DNA of 64,000 nt from Sarea resinae (Eukaryota), in the NCBI GenBank assembly GCA_026026165.1, contig JAPEUD010000012.1:310001-374000 (forward strand), given 5' to 3'. Below are positions 1-13,600 of the stretch, one piece after another. The notes beneath the pieces are model-generated. The model saw nothing but the letters and a program-made list of their open reading frames with translations. It was not told the origin of the DNA and did not search any database. The stretch's first letter is position 1; each line of letters begins with the position of its first letter. The position numbers and the translations under genes were made by a program.

Positions 1-272
1 AGTGGGGGGGGGAATACAGTGGAGCCTGGGGCACATGCAAGAGATATGGGCCGAATGTGTTCGAAGATGCCTACAGCCAGGCGAGGCGACGATTCCAGTT
101 CAGGCCGTGGACGCGTGTTTGATTGAAAGCTGATGGTGAGGTGAGGATGGGTTGGTGTTTTGGGTGGGTGGTGCGTAAGAAACAGATCGGATTGGGTAGG
201 AAGAGAGATGATGGGCTGCTCGCTGACGTTGATTGCCAAGACTCTCAGGCCCCGCCGACGGCTGTCGACCGA

Positions 273-308
273 GCCACCGCCACCGCCACAGCCACGGCCA
301 CAGCCACA
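273..308. repeat. Hexanucleotide tandem repeat (GCCACN)6
   Basis: gccacc gccacc gccaca gccacg gccaca gccaca. Confidence 0.85.
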
Positions 309-563
309 ACGGGTAGAGAAGTAACCATGAATCCCTTACCCCACTGCGCAGTACTGAATTCAGTAGACGACCATTCCCAACATGGAGCCGTTGCGGCTAC
401 AATCATCGCACGTTCATGATCGATCAAAGGAAGAAGCAGAGTCATGTCCCATCGCAAAGGGTTTGCATTGATCTGGCTAGAGATAGTCACCAAAGGGGTA
501 TCCAGAATCTACTCGGCCACACTCCACCATATCTTCATTCCCATCACTCGCTGTCCGGCATTT

Positions 564-2357
564 TCAGAAGTGTAGCAGCTCAGTCTGACCGATCGCGGAC
601 CACTCTAGCATTCTCCGATCTATTCCCTGCTTGGTAAAAACTTCGCCCTCTTCTACGTCGTGATCGTGCCGCCACCTCAGCTGCGTGATGGGTATGTGCA
701 TATTATACGCATGGAGATCGCGCAGCTCGTCGCGGAGGTAATCGCTATCCCGCTCCGTCCCGGTCTCAAAGCACATCATGTAATAATATCCTGAGCGATA
801 GATGTGTCGGGCGCGCACAGCAAACTCATCACGAGACATGTCCCACCGGAACGTGTGTCCCATGTAGAAGCGGAGGGCGAATTGCTCCTTGGCTAGGCCT
901 TGGAAGCGGAAGTAGAGTTGCTCGCTGCCCTGAGTGTAGGGATTTGGCTGGACGGAGACATTGACGGAGAGGTTGCCGATGGCGTTGATGTAGCTGCCTG
1001 CATAGTCTGAGAGAGGACGATGGGGCGCTTCTTGGATCTGGCCTCTCTGTCTGTCCAATTCATGTTGGATTTTTGTCTGGTACCCTGCGCCGGCTTGGGA
1101 GCTCTGCTTGACGAGGGAGACGTAATCGAGCGGTGGAAAGGGAGTAGAGAAGACCCTGGAGATCATCATGTGACCGATCCAGTCCGGGAGGTCGCAGAGT
1201 CCGATGGAATTCTGTAAGACTACAATTGCGCTTGAAGTTTCAGGGAATAGGTAGGCAGCGGATGAACAACCGGGTAGCATGCCTTCATGAGCATAGGCCA
1301 AGCGAGGGGCGCCTCCAATGCCGTGGTCAGGTGCGGATGGTAGCAATATCCTGTTGATCGCGCCCAGTGAGTTTGGGAGCTCAGCCCTGATCCACCCGAG
1401 TGCAAATTGCTGTCCACTGCAGGGCATATGGACGTGGCCTGCCATGATGGTCGAAAGCTGCTTCAATGGCGAACCCGGAGTTGAGGTTGTCTGATTTGTT
1501 GCTTGTTCGCTTGCTGCGACCATGATGGCGGCGTAGAAGTGTAAGAGATCATTCACGCAGCTGCGGATTCCAGCGGCTGGGGCCATGAGCGTCCGATCAC
1601 CAAGCCTCGGTGGGCTGATCTGGTAAGGGGTTCCGTCTGAGAGAGAGGCATATGATCTTGACACGTTGTCCACTTGGCCTGAAGGGTCTTCGGTGAATGT
1701 GCGACGCATACCTAGAGGATCAAAAATGCGCTTTTTGACAAACGCCCCGTAAGACATGCCGGTCAATCTCTCAATGGCTTCTCCCACAACGCAGAAGGCC
1801 AAATCGCTGTATTTCACCCCTTGACGAAATGGCCTGACCGTTTTCAGTGTGTTGAACATTTTTACGCAATCTGCCTTGGACAGCAGTAATTCATTATCCG
1901 AACCGGACCAGATGCAATCAGGAGCCAGACCTGATCGGTGGCTCAAGAGGTCGACGACGTTCAGATCTTTGCCAAGACCAGAGATGCTCTCTGCGAGCTC
2001 TGGTATGATCTCGTACAGAGGGGTAGTCCACTGTAATAAGCCATCCTCAACCAATATCCCGACAGCTACAGCAGTGAAGACTTTGGTCAGGGATGCGATA
2101 CAGAATATCGTCTCAGCATTGGGAGGGATCTTCCCATCCTGGCCGTCGATATATTGAAAGCCGAAAGAACCTTGGTAGAGTAGTTGGCCTGAGTGAATGA
2201 CGCCGACACAGAGGCCCGGGACGCCAGCAATTTTTCGGAGCTGATCCAGGAACGGTGCGATCTGGGGGATATCGTTGGGATGTGGATCATCAGTGTCCAG
2301 GTCTGGGGCTCCTTGGATCGAACTGTCCCCTTGCTCCCAGCTCTGACTGCCTGACAT
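564..2357 (-). CDS. Beta-lactamase/AmpC-fold serine hydrolase with a probable C-terminal DUF3471-like domain; intronless, 597 aa
   Basis: SxxK motif SLTK (2093-2082), LLSHRSGL, YxN-position motif YSD (1811-1803), IFDPLGMRRT, HEG (HxG); C-terminal PLSDYAGSYIN resembles DUF3471; no signal peptide evident. Confidence 0.88.
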   Translation of the reverse strand: MSGSQSWEQGDSSIQGAPDLDTDDPHPNDIPQIAPFLDQLRKIAGVPGLCVGVIHSGQLLYQGSFGFQYIDGQDGKIPPNAETIFCIASLTKVFTAVAVGILVEDGLLQWTTPLYEIIPELAESISGLGKDLNVVDLLSHRSGLAPDCIWSGSDNELLLSKADCVKMFNTLKTVRPFRQGVKYSDLAFCVVGEAIERLTGMSYGAFVKKRIFDPLGMRRTFTEDPSGQVDNVSRSYASLSDGTPYQISPPRLGDRTLMAPAAGIRSCVNDLLHFYAAIMVAASEQATNQTTSTPGSPLKQLSTIMAGHVHMPCSGQQFALGWIRAELPNSLGAINRILLPSAPDHGIGGAPRLAYAHEGMLPGCSSAAYLFPETSSAIVVLQNSIGLCDLPDWIGHMMISRVFSTPFPPLDYVSLVKQSSQAGAGYQTKIQHELDRQRGQIQEAPHRPLSDYAGSYINAIGNLSVNVSVQPNPYTQGSEQLYFRFQGLAKEQFALRFYMGHTFRWDMSRDEFAVRARHIYRSGYYYMMCFETGTERDSDYLRDELRDLHAYNMHIPITQLRWRHDHDVEEGEVFTKQGIDRRMLEWSAIGQTELLHF

Positions 2358-3447
2358 TCTGGAAAGCGAGGAGGACTTGTATGGCCAGGCTGCCGCTGCT
2401 CCTCTTCAAATGCTCTTGTCGCGATGGAGATTTCAAACATGCATGAATGGCGATGATTCCGACAATGGAAACTCGCTGAACGCGTAGGATCGGGCATTGT
2501 TGATTATTGGGGCAGAACATGACCCACGAGCGAGATGAATAACACCTGGTCCCTTCCTTTCGTTCCGTGTATCCGTATCTTGACCTACACGTAAGACCTT
2601 AGGTGGCTGGTGATCATGTTCCATACAAAGAAGGGACGACCTCGTCTCTGTATCCGCACGCCTACCCCACAGGGCTGAGAGTGGGGAGGCGGCATGATCA
2701 TATTCATCTGCAGGCGACGACTGCATACTGGTGGGTACCTATTTAGCTGACTTGGCGCATCATGAATCCGTCAGTGTTCTTCTCAACAGAGACGCATCCA
2801 GTCGAGGGATGGGAGTGGTGAGGATGGTGAGAATAGTGAGAGAGAAGTCTCGAAGTGATGAGTTTCGTCCCAATTCCTGATCACCACTGTCTATCTCGAC
2901 TTGCTATTTATGTATCATGCTTTACGAATACTTACTACGGAGTAGGTTCGTGCCTGAGGTAGTGCGCTCGGCCTGTGCAGGCATGTGGTTGCCGTATCGT
3001 CCGCCTGATTACGTAGTTCCCGGTCCGGTGTGACCGAATCCAATGTTGAGAGGCTTCCGAATTGTTCACCTCATCTCATCTCGTTTTCTCCCTTTCTCAT
3101 CTTTTCAACTCTCATTTCTAGCTGCCTCGTCTCACCTGACCTAACTCCCATTCAATCATTGATTTCTCCATTTCTCCATTTCTCCATTGCTCCATTTCTC
3201 CATTTCGAGCCATCTGGAAGCAAACTCATTCCCTATATCCCGTAAACTTCAACCCTATGCATCGGGCTGTCGAGAGGCTGCCAATTGATTACACGCATTC
3301 AAGTTGGCCGGTCCAGACTTTTTCCGTCGTCTGTTGCAACGTGCAGGTGGCGTGCCAGTGAATCGAGCTTTCGAACAGTTATCTGCATCGATTGCTGCCT
3401 CTTTGAAACCGGGCTTGGAGGGCGTCCGGGGTCGCCCACCTGGCGAC

Positions 3448-6400
3448 ATGGCCAACCCGGAGTCGAAATCCTACCTCTCTGCTGGTATCAACGCAATTTC
3501 TCCATGGGGATCCAGGTCGGCGACCCCGAAGCCGGGGCTGACCCACGGTCTGGGAGGAGAAGGAGGACTGGGGAAACAACAAGGTGGTGACCACACGATC
3601 AGCCACAGCCACAGGTTAAGCTCGAAGCGGTATCCTCGAGATTGTCCTCCGTTGACCGTGAAATGGTTCTATGCCGTGGATGTAAGTGCCATGACTTTCG
3701 AAATCCGTCTATCTGAGTGCAAGGAGAGAGGACGAGGCTTATGATTGCGCACGAAAAGGTCCCGAAAAGAAAGCCTCTACCTCCCACCCAGCCTCCCAAA
3801 GACGCGAAACCTCCTCCAGCGCCGAAGAAATACGTGACCTTCTCTGCTCATGATTCCCGCTCGATCGAATCGGCGTTCCAGAAGCTTGCGGAAGAGGAGG
3901 ATAATCGGGAACCGCGCTCCGGGCAAGCAGAAAGTGAAGTGGGCGGTGATCTTAGCACGCAAGGAGATCCTGGTGCCAAGCAAAATACCAGTATCAATGA
4001 GCCCAGTCATGACGGGCAGGCAAGGGGTGTCAAGGTGCCCGTCAACGAGGACTACCTCTTTGACGTCGACATCGAGCGAAGAGAATTGGGTCCCGTCTAC
4101 TGGCTCGGCCCAATCTACGAGGTTCGGAGGGGAACCTGGTTTTACCAAGGTGAGTCAAGTTCCTGCATCCTGAAATCGGCCATTCGTTGCAGTAAGCTCT
4201 AACCCTCAAACGCAGAGGGATCTACACAGCGACCCTGTGACGAGAATCTTGCCACTCAATTAGAGGAAGGTTACCTGAAAGTGAAACCGTGGCGAGATGC
4301 CAATCAGCCAAGACAGCGGTCAGCATCACAGACAAGACCAAGGCAGAGATCATTAAAGGACGAGAAGGAATCGAAGTCTTCCGCTGCTGAAAGGCCGTCA
4401 ACGCCCGTAACGCCTACGGCTTCATCAGATAATCCCAAAAGCTATGATGATAGTACAGGCGGAGGACAGAAAGACGGGCCAAACCCGCATCAGGCCCAGC
4501 TACCGACCTACCGGCTCTTTGGGACTTACATGAACTCCGTCGTGACCTATCAGGATGCAACTGTTGCATGGATGCTCACGGACGATTTCTTGTCCCGCAT
4601 GAGCAGTACCGTATATCAACGCTTCGCTGGTGGTGGCCACCTGGGTGGGATCAAGCTCGTACGCGGTTACAAAGAACCTACGAAAGGTAAGGAAAACAAG
4701 GACGGCAAGCCGGACAATGAGAAAGATCAAGTTGATGTCAGCAAGGAGAGTCCAAGGCCTGATCGAGATCCTAAAACGGAGCTGAAATTCAAGAGGCGAT
4801 CGGCACCTCCTGCTATGTCTTCATCAGAATCAACCGACAATCTCGCCAAGGCCGAATTGGAAGGCGAGCCTGAGGACCGGAGACAGGCTCTGGAGCGAAA
4901 CATGTCCAACTTCGTTTCTTCCGCAGAGCTTGAGGATCCCGAGAAACAGGAGGAAGAACTTCGTAAAAGAGACGAGAAGGAGATTCGGGATGACTATCTA
5001 GATCAAGAGAGTGGAGAACAGGGTAGAGAGATTGAGCATTTGCTACTGGTCACTCACGGTATTGGCCAAAGGCTCGGGCTAAGGATGGAAAGCGTGAATT
5101 TTGTGCACGACGTAAACATCCTTCGCAAGACCCTAAAAGGTGTTTATGGATCGTCAGCAGATTTGCAGGCGCTTAATTCCGAGATCGATAAGCTTCCAAA
5201 GAACAGTCGTGTACAAGTTCTGCCTGTCTGTTGGCGACATCTTTTGGATTTTCCGAAGGAAAGTATGAGACTAAAGAAGAAAGAATACGATCTCGGAGAT
5301 TCCGCAAGCCTAGACGACGATGAAATTTATCCGAGCCTTGAAGATATCACAGTTGAAGGAGTTCCCGCTGTACGAGGATTAATTACAGATCTTGCCCTCG
5401 ATGTCCTACTCTACCAGAGTGCCTACAAGCAACCAATCTCGGAAATCGTTCTCAAGGAATGTAATCGGATCTACCATCTTTTCATGGAGCGCAATCCCGA
5501 CTTTAAAGGAAAAGTCAGTCTTGTGGGCCACTCTCTGGGCTCGGCAATTATGTTCGATCTTCTTTGCCAGCAAAAGCCGGACAAACCTCAGACTGTACCT
5601 GGACACAAGAAACATCATTCACGAGACATCAAGCCAAGGAGTGAAAAGCATAGTCTGAAGCTCGATTTCGATGTTGAAAACCTCTTTTGTCTTGGATCGC
5701 CTGTTGGACTTTTTCAGATGCTCAAAGGTCAAACTATTGCTGCCCGTCAAGCCTTTGACACCAATACGGCGGAGGATCCTCGAGACCCTAACCTAATAGA
5801 TGACCCATTTCTTGCAGCCTCTGGTGATGCAGGAAAAGGCGCCGCCAAGTCCTCAACCATCACGCCAGTTCCCCTGACAGTGTCTTCTCCAAAGTGTCAA
5901 CAGCTCTTCAACATCTTTCACCCAACTGATCCTATCAGCTACAGGATGGAACCGCTGATTTCACCTACGATGGCGTCACTAAAGCCTCAACCTTTGCCCT
6001 ATACAAAGAAAGGCATATTCGGTGCACCGATGGGCCAAGGACTCACGGGCATTGGTGCGAGGGTCGGCCAAAGCGTTTCAGGATTATGGTCAAGCTTTAG
6101 TTCTGGAATTGCCAGCAGTCTGCTCAATCGGAGTCTAGGAATTACTGGTGAGGAGGTCAGGGAATCTCAATCTGGGCATCAACCATCCAATGCCCAGGCT
6201 CAGCAGTCAAGGATACCACTGTCTATGGGCGCAGGCACGAACATCTCAGGCGGTGTCATATCTCCTGACGGATTGTCGCCTCCCCCGGAGGTCTCGGGTG
6301 ATGCGAAGAAAAGACAACTGGCGCAGGACACGCTATCCGCCGAGCGTATTGGAGACCATCCACCAACTCTAATCGACGCTGAGATCGAGACTCTCTTCGC

Positions 6401-6796
6401 CGGCTTCCAGAAGCGCAGGAAGAGCCAGCAGGAAACTGAAGGCGGTGTCGTGGAGGAGCAGGATGATGAGTGGCGTGCAGCAGAAGAGAAAGGGAAGAAA
6501 TTAAGGCGCGAGGAAGGCAAAGTCAGGGCTCTGAATAGCAACGGAAGGGTTGATTACAGTATCCAAGAGTATGTCCTGTCCCGTTCTGATCAAATTTGCT
6601 TTCATCTCTCTATCCTTCTGTTTGGATACTAATTCTTCCTTGAAACTCTCTTAGGGGCGTTTTTGATATCTCACTCATTGCGAGCATCGCTAGCCATCTG
6701 TCGTACTGGAGTGACGAGGATGTCAGCCACTTCGTCATCTCGCAACTGCTTTCTCGCAATGCTACGTTTAACCCTCCTCGTTCCTCTTCTCGGTGA
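3448..6796 (+). CDS. DDHD-domain phospholipase A1 (yeast Ddl1/YOR022C-like); exons 3448-3681, 3759-4149, 4216-6568, 6655-6796
   Basis: WFYAVD, PVYWLGPIYEVRRGTWF, HLLLVTHGIGQ, lipase GHSLG, FNIFHPTDPISYRMEPLI, NGRVDYSIQE and spliced last exon SHLSYWSDEDV; three GT-AG introns restore the frame. Confidence 0.92.
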
Positions 6797-7463
6797 AAGA
6801 CTCGCGTTGGAAGATGGTTAATGTTGTTATAAATATCTCGATTGAGTTGCGCGACGAGCAACGCTGGGTATGCCAAGGCAAGCCAATCAATCAGTCGATC
6901 AATCAAACTTTGGGTGGATGGGCGGAGTCGACGGTTGAAAAGGAGGGGAGCAGGGGCATTGGTTTGGGCTGGGGGATCTGATTTACGTAGACTAGACAGT
7001 ACTACGGACAATACCTATCATATCATTCTGCCGTGCGTGCGCTTCATCCATGAATAAAAGAAATAAATCAATTAATGTATGGCCGGCGATCCTCGAATCG
7101 ATCGATGATTGGGAAATGAATTTAGAGTTTGTTGTTGGTTGTTTGCCGTCAGCCGCGCCATAATCATACATGCATGCCTAATCGGACTGGCCGGCTGCTG
7201 AGTACCTATGGAAAAGGTTTGATTGGCGGGCTCTGGGGATGGAGCGCAGGGGGCAAGAGCTACTAAGACTACTCAGAACACTAATCCTCCCCTTCACATT
7301 CGGACGTGGATATGGATAGGTGGGTGGGTACGTGAGTAGGTAGGTGGCGGCAATCAATGAGAATCTCTGTTCCGGGTTTGCGGTTGCGCAGGCATCTTTT
7401 TAGCTAGCCAGAAGACTTGACGATTTACCTAGCCCTTACCGTGGTGATTTGATTGACTCCTCT

Positions 7464-7490
7464 CACACACACACACACACACACACACAC
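7464..7490. repeat. (CA)n microsatellite
   Basis: Direct read. Confidence 0.95.
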
Positions 7491-7655
7491 TATACGCCAA
7501 AGCGAATGGAGGGAAATGAACAGGCTAGATTGAATCCGACTTTCTTGCCTGCCTTCCTTCCTTCTTTCCTACCTTTTTCCCTTGCTTCGCGCCTCAGCCT
7601 ATAGTAGAAGAAGAGCAGAGTAAGCAAAAGAGATGTAGATCAAATCAAATCAAAA

Positions 7656-10600
7656 TCACGCATCGCCAGAGCCTATCCCACCCAGGTCGACCTTGCCCAC
7701 ACTCCAGACCTCCCTCTCATCATCGCGCTCATCAACACTGAGGCCCAAGCCGCCCTGTCCACCCTCAGCTTCCTTGCGTTCGCGCGCCTGACTACCGAGC
7801 CTCAGCGCGACGCGCTTGAAATAGTCGCCCATGCTGCGCCTGACGTTCGGATGCAGCTCGGCCGTCGCCAAGTACTTTTCGAACACGGCGCCCTGGTCCT
7901 CGACGACGGAGAAGAGCGCGAGGAAGGCTGCTTCTGCGGACAGTTTGACAGGGATGACGGGATCCCGGACGGAGGCGAAGACGGGCGGGGCGAGAAGTGT
8001 GAGGTGCGGCCGAACGAGGTCGTTGTGCAGACGTGAGACAGTGCGGATGACGACGAGGGCGAGACGGCGGGTGTCAGGAGGAGAGGAGCCGGGCTGGATG
8101 GCAGGGGCCAGGGATTCGAATATGGGTTTGGTCGATTCGAAGGTTTGGGTGATGTTGGGGGAAAGGAGATATTTTCCGGCCGCAAGAACACTGTTGTCAG
8201 AAACGAATTTCTGTCGAGACAAAGATTAGGCTGAGGTTTCCTTTAGTACATGCTGTGGGTGAGCTTACATTGCTGTTGCCAATCCCTTGACAGATGACGC
8301 TGGCGGTCTCTTCGGCCAAGGTGTCGGCCAGAGCTTCGGGCGCTTCGAGCAAGACGGAGTTGAGGGCGAGAACTGAAGCATTGGTTGCGTGCTTTGGCAG
8401 AACTCGGGTCCTTGATGGTATTTAGTAAAAGAATTCGAAATCAACAACTTTAGAAAAATACTCACTTGATCAGTCCCGCAGCGCTTTCAGCAGGCAAGTT
8501 CTTGATGAGTGCGCCCAGAAGCCTAGCATTTGTAATGGACATTGCATCTGGCCATATCAGCAGTGTATACATGGCGTGAGAATCCCTGAACCCTTACCAT
8601 TTGATTGATCGGCTTCTGCGTCGATAGACGCGAGTACAGAGTTTCGTGATACTTCACTCATGTTTGCCCCGGCCTTGCTCACTACTTCAAAAAGCGCCTT
8701 AAGCATAGCATTTCTTACACCAGCATCCGCCGTCTTGGATCCTGCAACCAGTTCTGAACGAATGCTGTTAGCCGGAGGACACAATCTAGAGCACGCAGAA
8801 AAGGTAGAAACCAACCTGCAATAAGAGGATCAACCCGCGGAGTCAAAGTAATAAGAGTGCCCAATGCTTTAGCTGCACGGCTTCGCAGGACATCACTGGA
8901 CGTGTCTGCAAGAGATTTGGCAAAGGTTCGCTGAAGTTGTGGCAAGAAAGGTTTGAGGAATGTGGGTATCTTCTCTAGCAATTTGTCCAAGGTGAACAAG
9001 ATAGCAGCTGTGGACTAGATTAGCGTATTACTCAGCAAATAAAAAAAGTCCTGCCTTACATTTGACATCAACAGATCGCTCAGATACAACTCTGATCAAC
9101 GGACCAGTAATCTGAGTAACATAAGGCTTCAGCGACTCTGCACTGGTTCGATCAATGATGTCTGATATTGCGAGCGCCGACTGAACCCTCTGCTCCGCAG
9201 TACCATTCATTAGGCCCTGCAAGAAAATAGGAAGGATTGCGTTGATTCCCTTTGGCAGGGAAAATCCAGGTAGGTTTGATCCTGCCACACCAACTTGAAG
9301 AAGGACTTGGCGGGTAGAGAAGACGAGTGACTCCATTTCCTCTTTGCGTAGTCTCTTGGTCAACTCGGTGAGCGCGGTCCAAGCAGCTTTGACCACTTTT
9401 GGATCCCGATCATCGAAAGAGATAAGGAGCACCCTGATAAGGTCTTGATAATAGCGAGAGTAGTCGATGTCGGCATCAGCAAAGAATTTCGCCAGATGGA
9501 GGTCAGCTGCAGCTCGCTTTCGATGATCATCATGTTTGACGAGTGCAATCATGACACTCATGGCTGTGTTGAGGCCATCAAACTCATCGACAGATAGTAG
9601 CACCGCATCGAATGCGGTGTTGAGTTCGACGCGGAGATCTTCATCTTTGGAAGAGATGATGTTGTCCATCAGGGAGTTGATGATTGCCGGTAGTCTTCGT
9701 GCCATCGCTGAGCCAGCAACTTGAGACAATGAAGCGAGAGCTCTTGCGTTGAAAGATGTAATGGGCGGTGTCAACAAAGTGGGGATCAAGTTTGGCAAAA
9801 TGATGCTGGACCTTGTATTCTCTGTTAGTAAGGTCAAAAGAGCGGCTAATGCATTGTCGGCTTCATCTTTGCTTCGGAGTAAATTCAATAAATGAGGAAG
9901 GACGTGGTCAACAGCCTTCTTGCCCAGGATTCGCTGAAGAGAATCGAAAGCTTCTGCGGCGGCCTCGCGAACGTCTTCATCCGGATCAACCAGTGCAGTG
10001 CGAACAACAGAGATAAGGGTCTTCTCGTAGTCCTCTAACGTTTCTGGAGCAGCTGACGATATAATTTCCCGCAGAGCAATGCAAATACCTTGCTTGGCGT
10101 CGGTGTCCGTAGATGTTTGAAGGCCCTCTTCCAGAGTAGGCAATAGACTGGCGAGCACACCATCTCCTGCTTTTCTGATGAGCTCACCTAGAGCATTGCC
10201 TGCTATAACCTTATGCTCCATGTTTGAGCTAGCAAGACGTCGAATGATGAGCTGCGTCAATGTAGGTATCAATTCTCTCAAGGTTCTTGGCGAAGCCACA
10301 AGAGCCTTCCACACGTTGATGGCGGCACTGCGGACCAGGCCGGAAGTATCGCAACGGCAGATATAAAGGGCAGATAAGACCCTATTTCGCTTCTCTTCAC
10401 CGAGAACCTCCAACAGTGAGTGTCCTGCTTCCACAGCTCCTTCCTCGGCCTCTTCTTGGTCTGCATTGGCACTAATACCAGTGAGATTGAACAGGAGATC
10501 GCCAACAAGCTCGACAGAGCTAAGACGGATACGGTAGCTATCATCTGCCAGGCCACGTTCCAGTTCGGGGAGCAACAAGTCAATGGCCCGCGTAGCAAAG

Positions 10601-13600
10601 TTCTTTACCAGAAGACGTCCAGCACGGAGTGAAGTCTCGCGAATTGATTCACTTTCATCAGCTAATCCAGAGAGAATAGGGGGGATAATCTTGCTGAGGT
10701 AGGCAGCAAAGCTGTTTCCAAAGCACGCGGGCAAGAAAATGAATAGTGACATGAAGCCTTCTCGCACCGACGGCTTTGAGCTCGATACGTTTTGAAGGAT
10801 CGTTGGCAAGGTCTCCTCCAGGCGTCCGGTACCGAGGCCGGCAAGCACCTCGCTGAGAGCTTGTGCAGAGCCAAGTCTGTCGCCTGCTCCGGTGTCGGAT
10901 TTGAGTGTATCCATGAGGCCCGGAATGAGATCTGGTAGAGCGTCTTCTCCAAGTTTCTCGACTAGTGATCCAAGCGCTTTGGACGCGGTTGCGCGGGTAG
11001 TTGGAACTGGATCGACAGCAGCAAGCTTTAATCCTGCCACTAGGATTGGCAGATGTGCAACCAGATCTTTTCGTTCCGTCAGATGGGCTAGACTTCCAAT
11101 AATCTGAGCGGACTTTCGCTTTGTGCCCGATCTATCGCCTAGACCCCGTTCCAGGATACGGACCACCAAGGCAAGAGAGGGAGCATCGAGGTAATGCACG
11201 AAAGAGACTTTGATGAGAGAGTCCAGAGCATCGTCTGTATACTTGGTCGGATCGCTGAGAGCCTTGAGTAAGATGCCCACCAAGCTCTTGACCTCGGGAT
11301 TACTGATGACCTCTCCAAAGCGTTGCAAACTCCGATTTGCCGAAGCTCTGACCTCCTTGTGGCTGTCATTGAGGACGTTAGTCAATGGAGGAATGATATC
11401 TGGTAAGCTGAGAGCTAATTGTTGCGGATCCAAGTATGCCATGGCGCCTAGGAGGTCACAGGCGCCCTTCTTGCTTCGCCATTGCTGATCATCGAGACCG
11501 TCTAGGAGGGTAGGAAGAATTTGCTTCACACCGTAAGAGCTCAGACTGGCAAAACAAGTCTTGGCAGCATCAAGGCAAGCCTCCCGGACATCAGTATTAC
11601 TATCGCCGAAGGCTGCGAGTAGTTGGGGAACAAGCTGAATAACATATGGCTCAAACACTCTACCAAGTATCAATGACAGAAGCTCATATGCGAATAGAGC
11701 TCCTTGTCGGTAGTTCGGATCCTTTTTATTGTCAATCGCTGCTCTCAGGGATGACATGATTCGAAATTCTCTTAACGCAGAGATGCCTTTGCCGTTGACT
11801 ATGCCTGCAAGACCGTATGCTGCACCTCTTCGAGTGGCAAATTTCTTGGATTGAAAGAGTTCGTCCAGCATCTGCTGGACGTACTCTGGAGTATGTTCTG
11901 TGGAGGCGCGAATAAGTGGAGGTAAGCACTCGGCCACGGCATACTGAACGGTCTCCGATGGTGTACTGAGTGTAGCGAGAAGACGTTGTACAACCTTCGG
12001 AACCCGCTCGTCCCCAGCTTTGAGATGGCGAGCAAGAGCTCCGTATAGAATAATTACGGCCTCGTTAACCAGATCGTAGGCCTCAGAGCCCTTGTCGGGA
12101 TTTTCCAGGGTATGCTCAAATATTTCCATGAGTTGTTCGACCTTTGTATTCCCCACAGCTGTAATGACAGTAATGCCAGCATTCACCATTTCCTCTCGAA
12201 CGTTTGCGCTTCGGTCTCCTAGAGGTCCTTCGCTGACCATGAATTCGATGAAGGGAACTAGACAGGTCGGGTCAAACACCGCAGCCAGCTCTTTGAACGC
12301 CAATGCTATGCCGTTCCTTGCTTCCCAGGGATCTGCGTTATCCATCTTGCGAGGCATGCCGTATTCGTCTCGCTCGGGCACTCTTGGTTTGGCTTTCTCT
12401 CGGTAGATGCTTTGCAACCGAGAAAGAATATCTGCGCAGGTGGATGGGTGAATAGCTACCGTCTCCGCCAGAGATCTGGCAGCGGCCCGCCGTAGCTGCT
12501 TATCGACGCTCTCGAGGTAGGGCAAGACTTTGATTCCAGAGTCTTCTTCAACTTCCAGTGCGTTCTCCTCCCATATTGACCGTGCAAGCTCCACATTCTC
12601 ATCTATGTCGTCATGGCAGGCAAGCCATATTTCCTCACAAAATTCCAGGTCTGTCAGATCAAAATCTGCATCCATGGCCTGTAGGCTAGCCGTTCTGACA
12701 GGAACCTCCGGCTTGATAGCCGCTTGCAAAATGACTTTGGTCTCTGGACTTGATATATTGACGGATATGCATCTGCAGGTCTCAAGTAGGCAGTCCTTGA
12801 TAACTCTGTAATGTTGATTATACTTTTGCATCGAGATCACCATAACCGAAAGCATCTTCTCACGAGGAAGACGGGGGTCAGAGCCTAAAATTTAGTCAGC
12901 AAACCCTGATGTCTGGTAATATGAGCTGTACTCACAGGAATCGGTGTGGAATGAGATGTATTCCAATGCTAGGACGACTTGCTCATCAGCTTCTTCGCCA
13001 GTCGGGTGGCCAACGCCGCCGCGCTCCAGAACAAGGAAGATAAGAGGAAGAATGTAGGTCAAAGAGATCATGTCGAATGGTCGCTGTTCAGAGGTAAAAC
13101 GTAGCCTGTATAGCACTCTTGTGACAAGATCTGGTTTCGTGGTAGTCAGCTATAGTACTAAGCCTTCAGATAAAGCCATCGTACCTCCAAGTGGCTCTAC
13201 TTCGAGCTCGGGCTGCAGTTGAGATGTGCCTAGCGCACGTAGAGTAGCGATGCCCACAAAAGGGCGTAAAGCGCCAAGGCGAGGTGATATTCGCTCGGCA
13301 CAAGCTATATAGGCAGTAGCCGCAGCGTCTCCGAGCACCAACCCTGCACCAGCCTCGATGGCATCTAGCAATGCGGTGATAGCCGGACCAATCCACATTT
13401 CCGCTTCAGTCGGCGGCCCTGTAGCCAGACTTTCGATGATACCGACACCACGTTTCAATTGAGTCACCAAGGCGGCAACTTGACGCCGAATAACAACTTC
13501 TTTGGCAAGCTGCGCGTCTACCTTGGCTTGCTCCTCGCGAGACAGTCTTTTTTGTTGCCCTTTCTTTTGTGCAAGCTGACTCCGTAGCTCCTCTTCCCAC

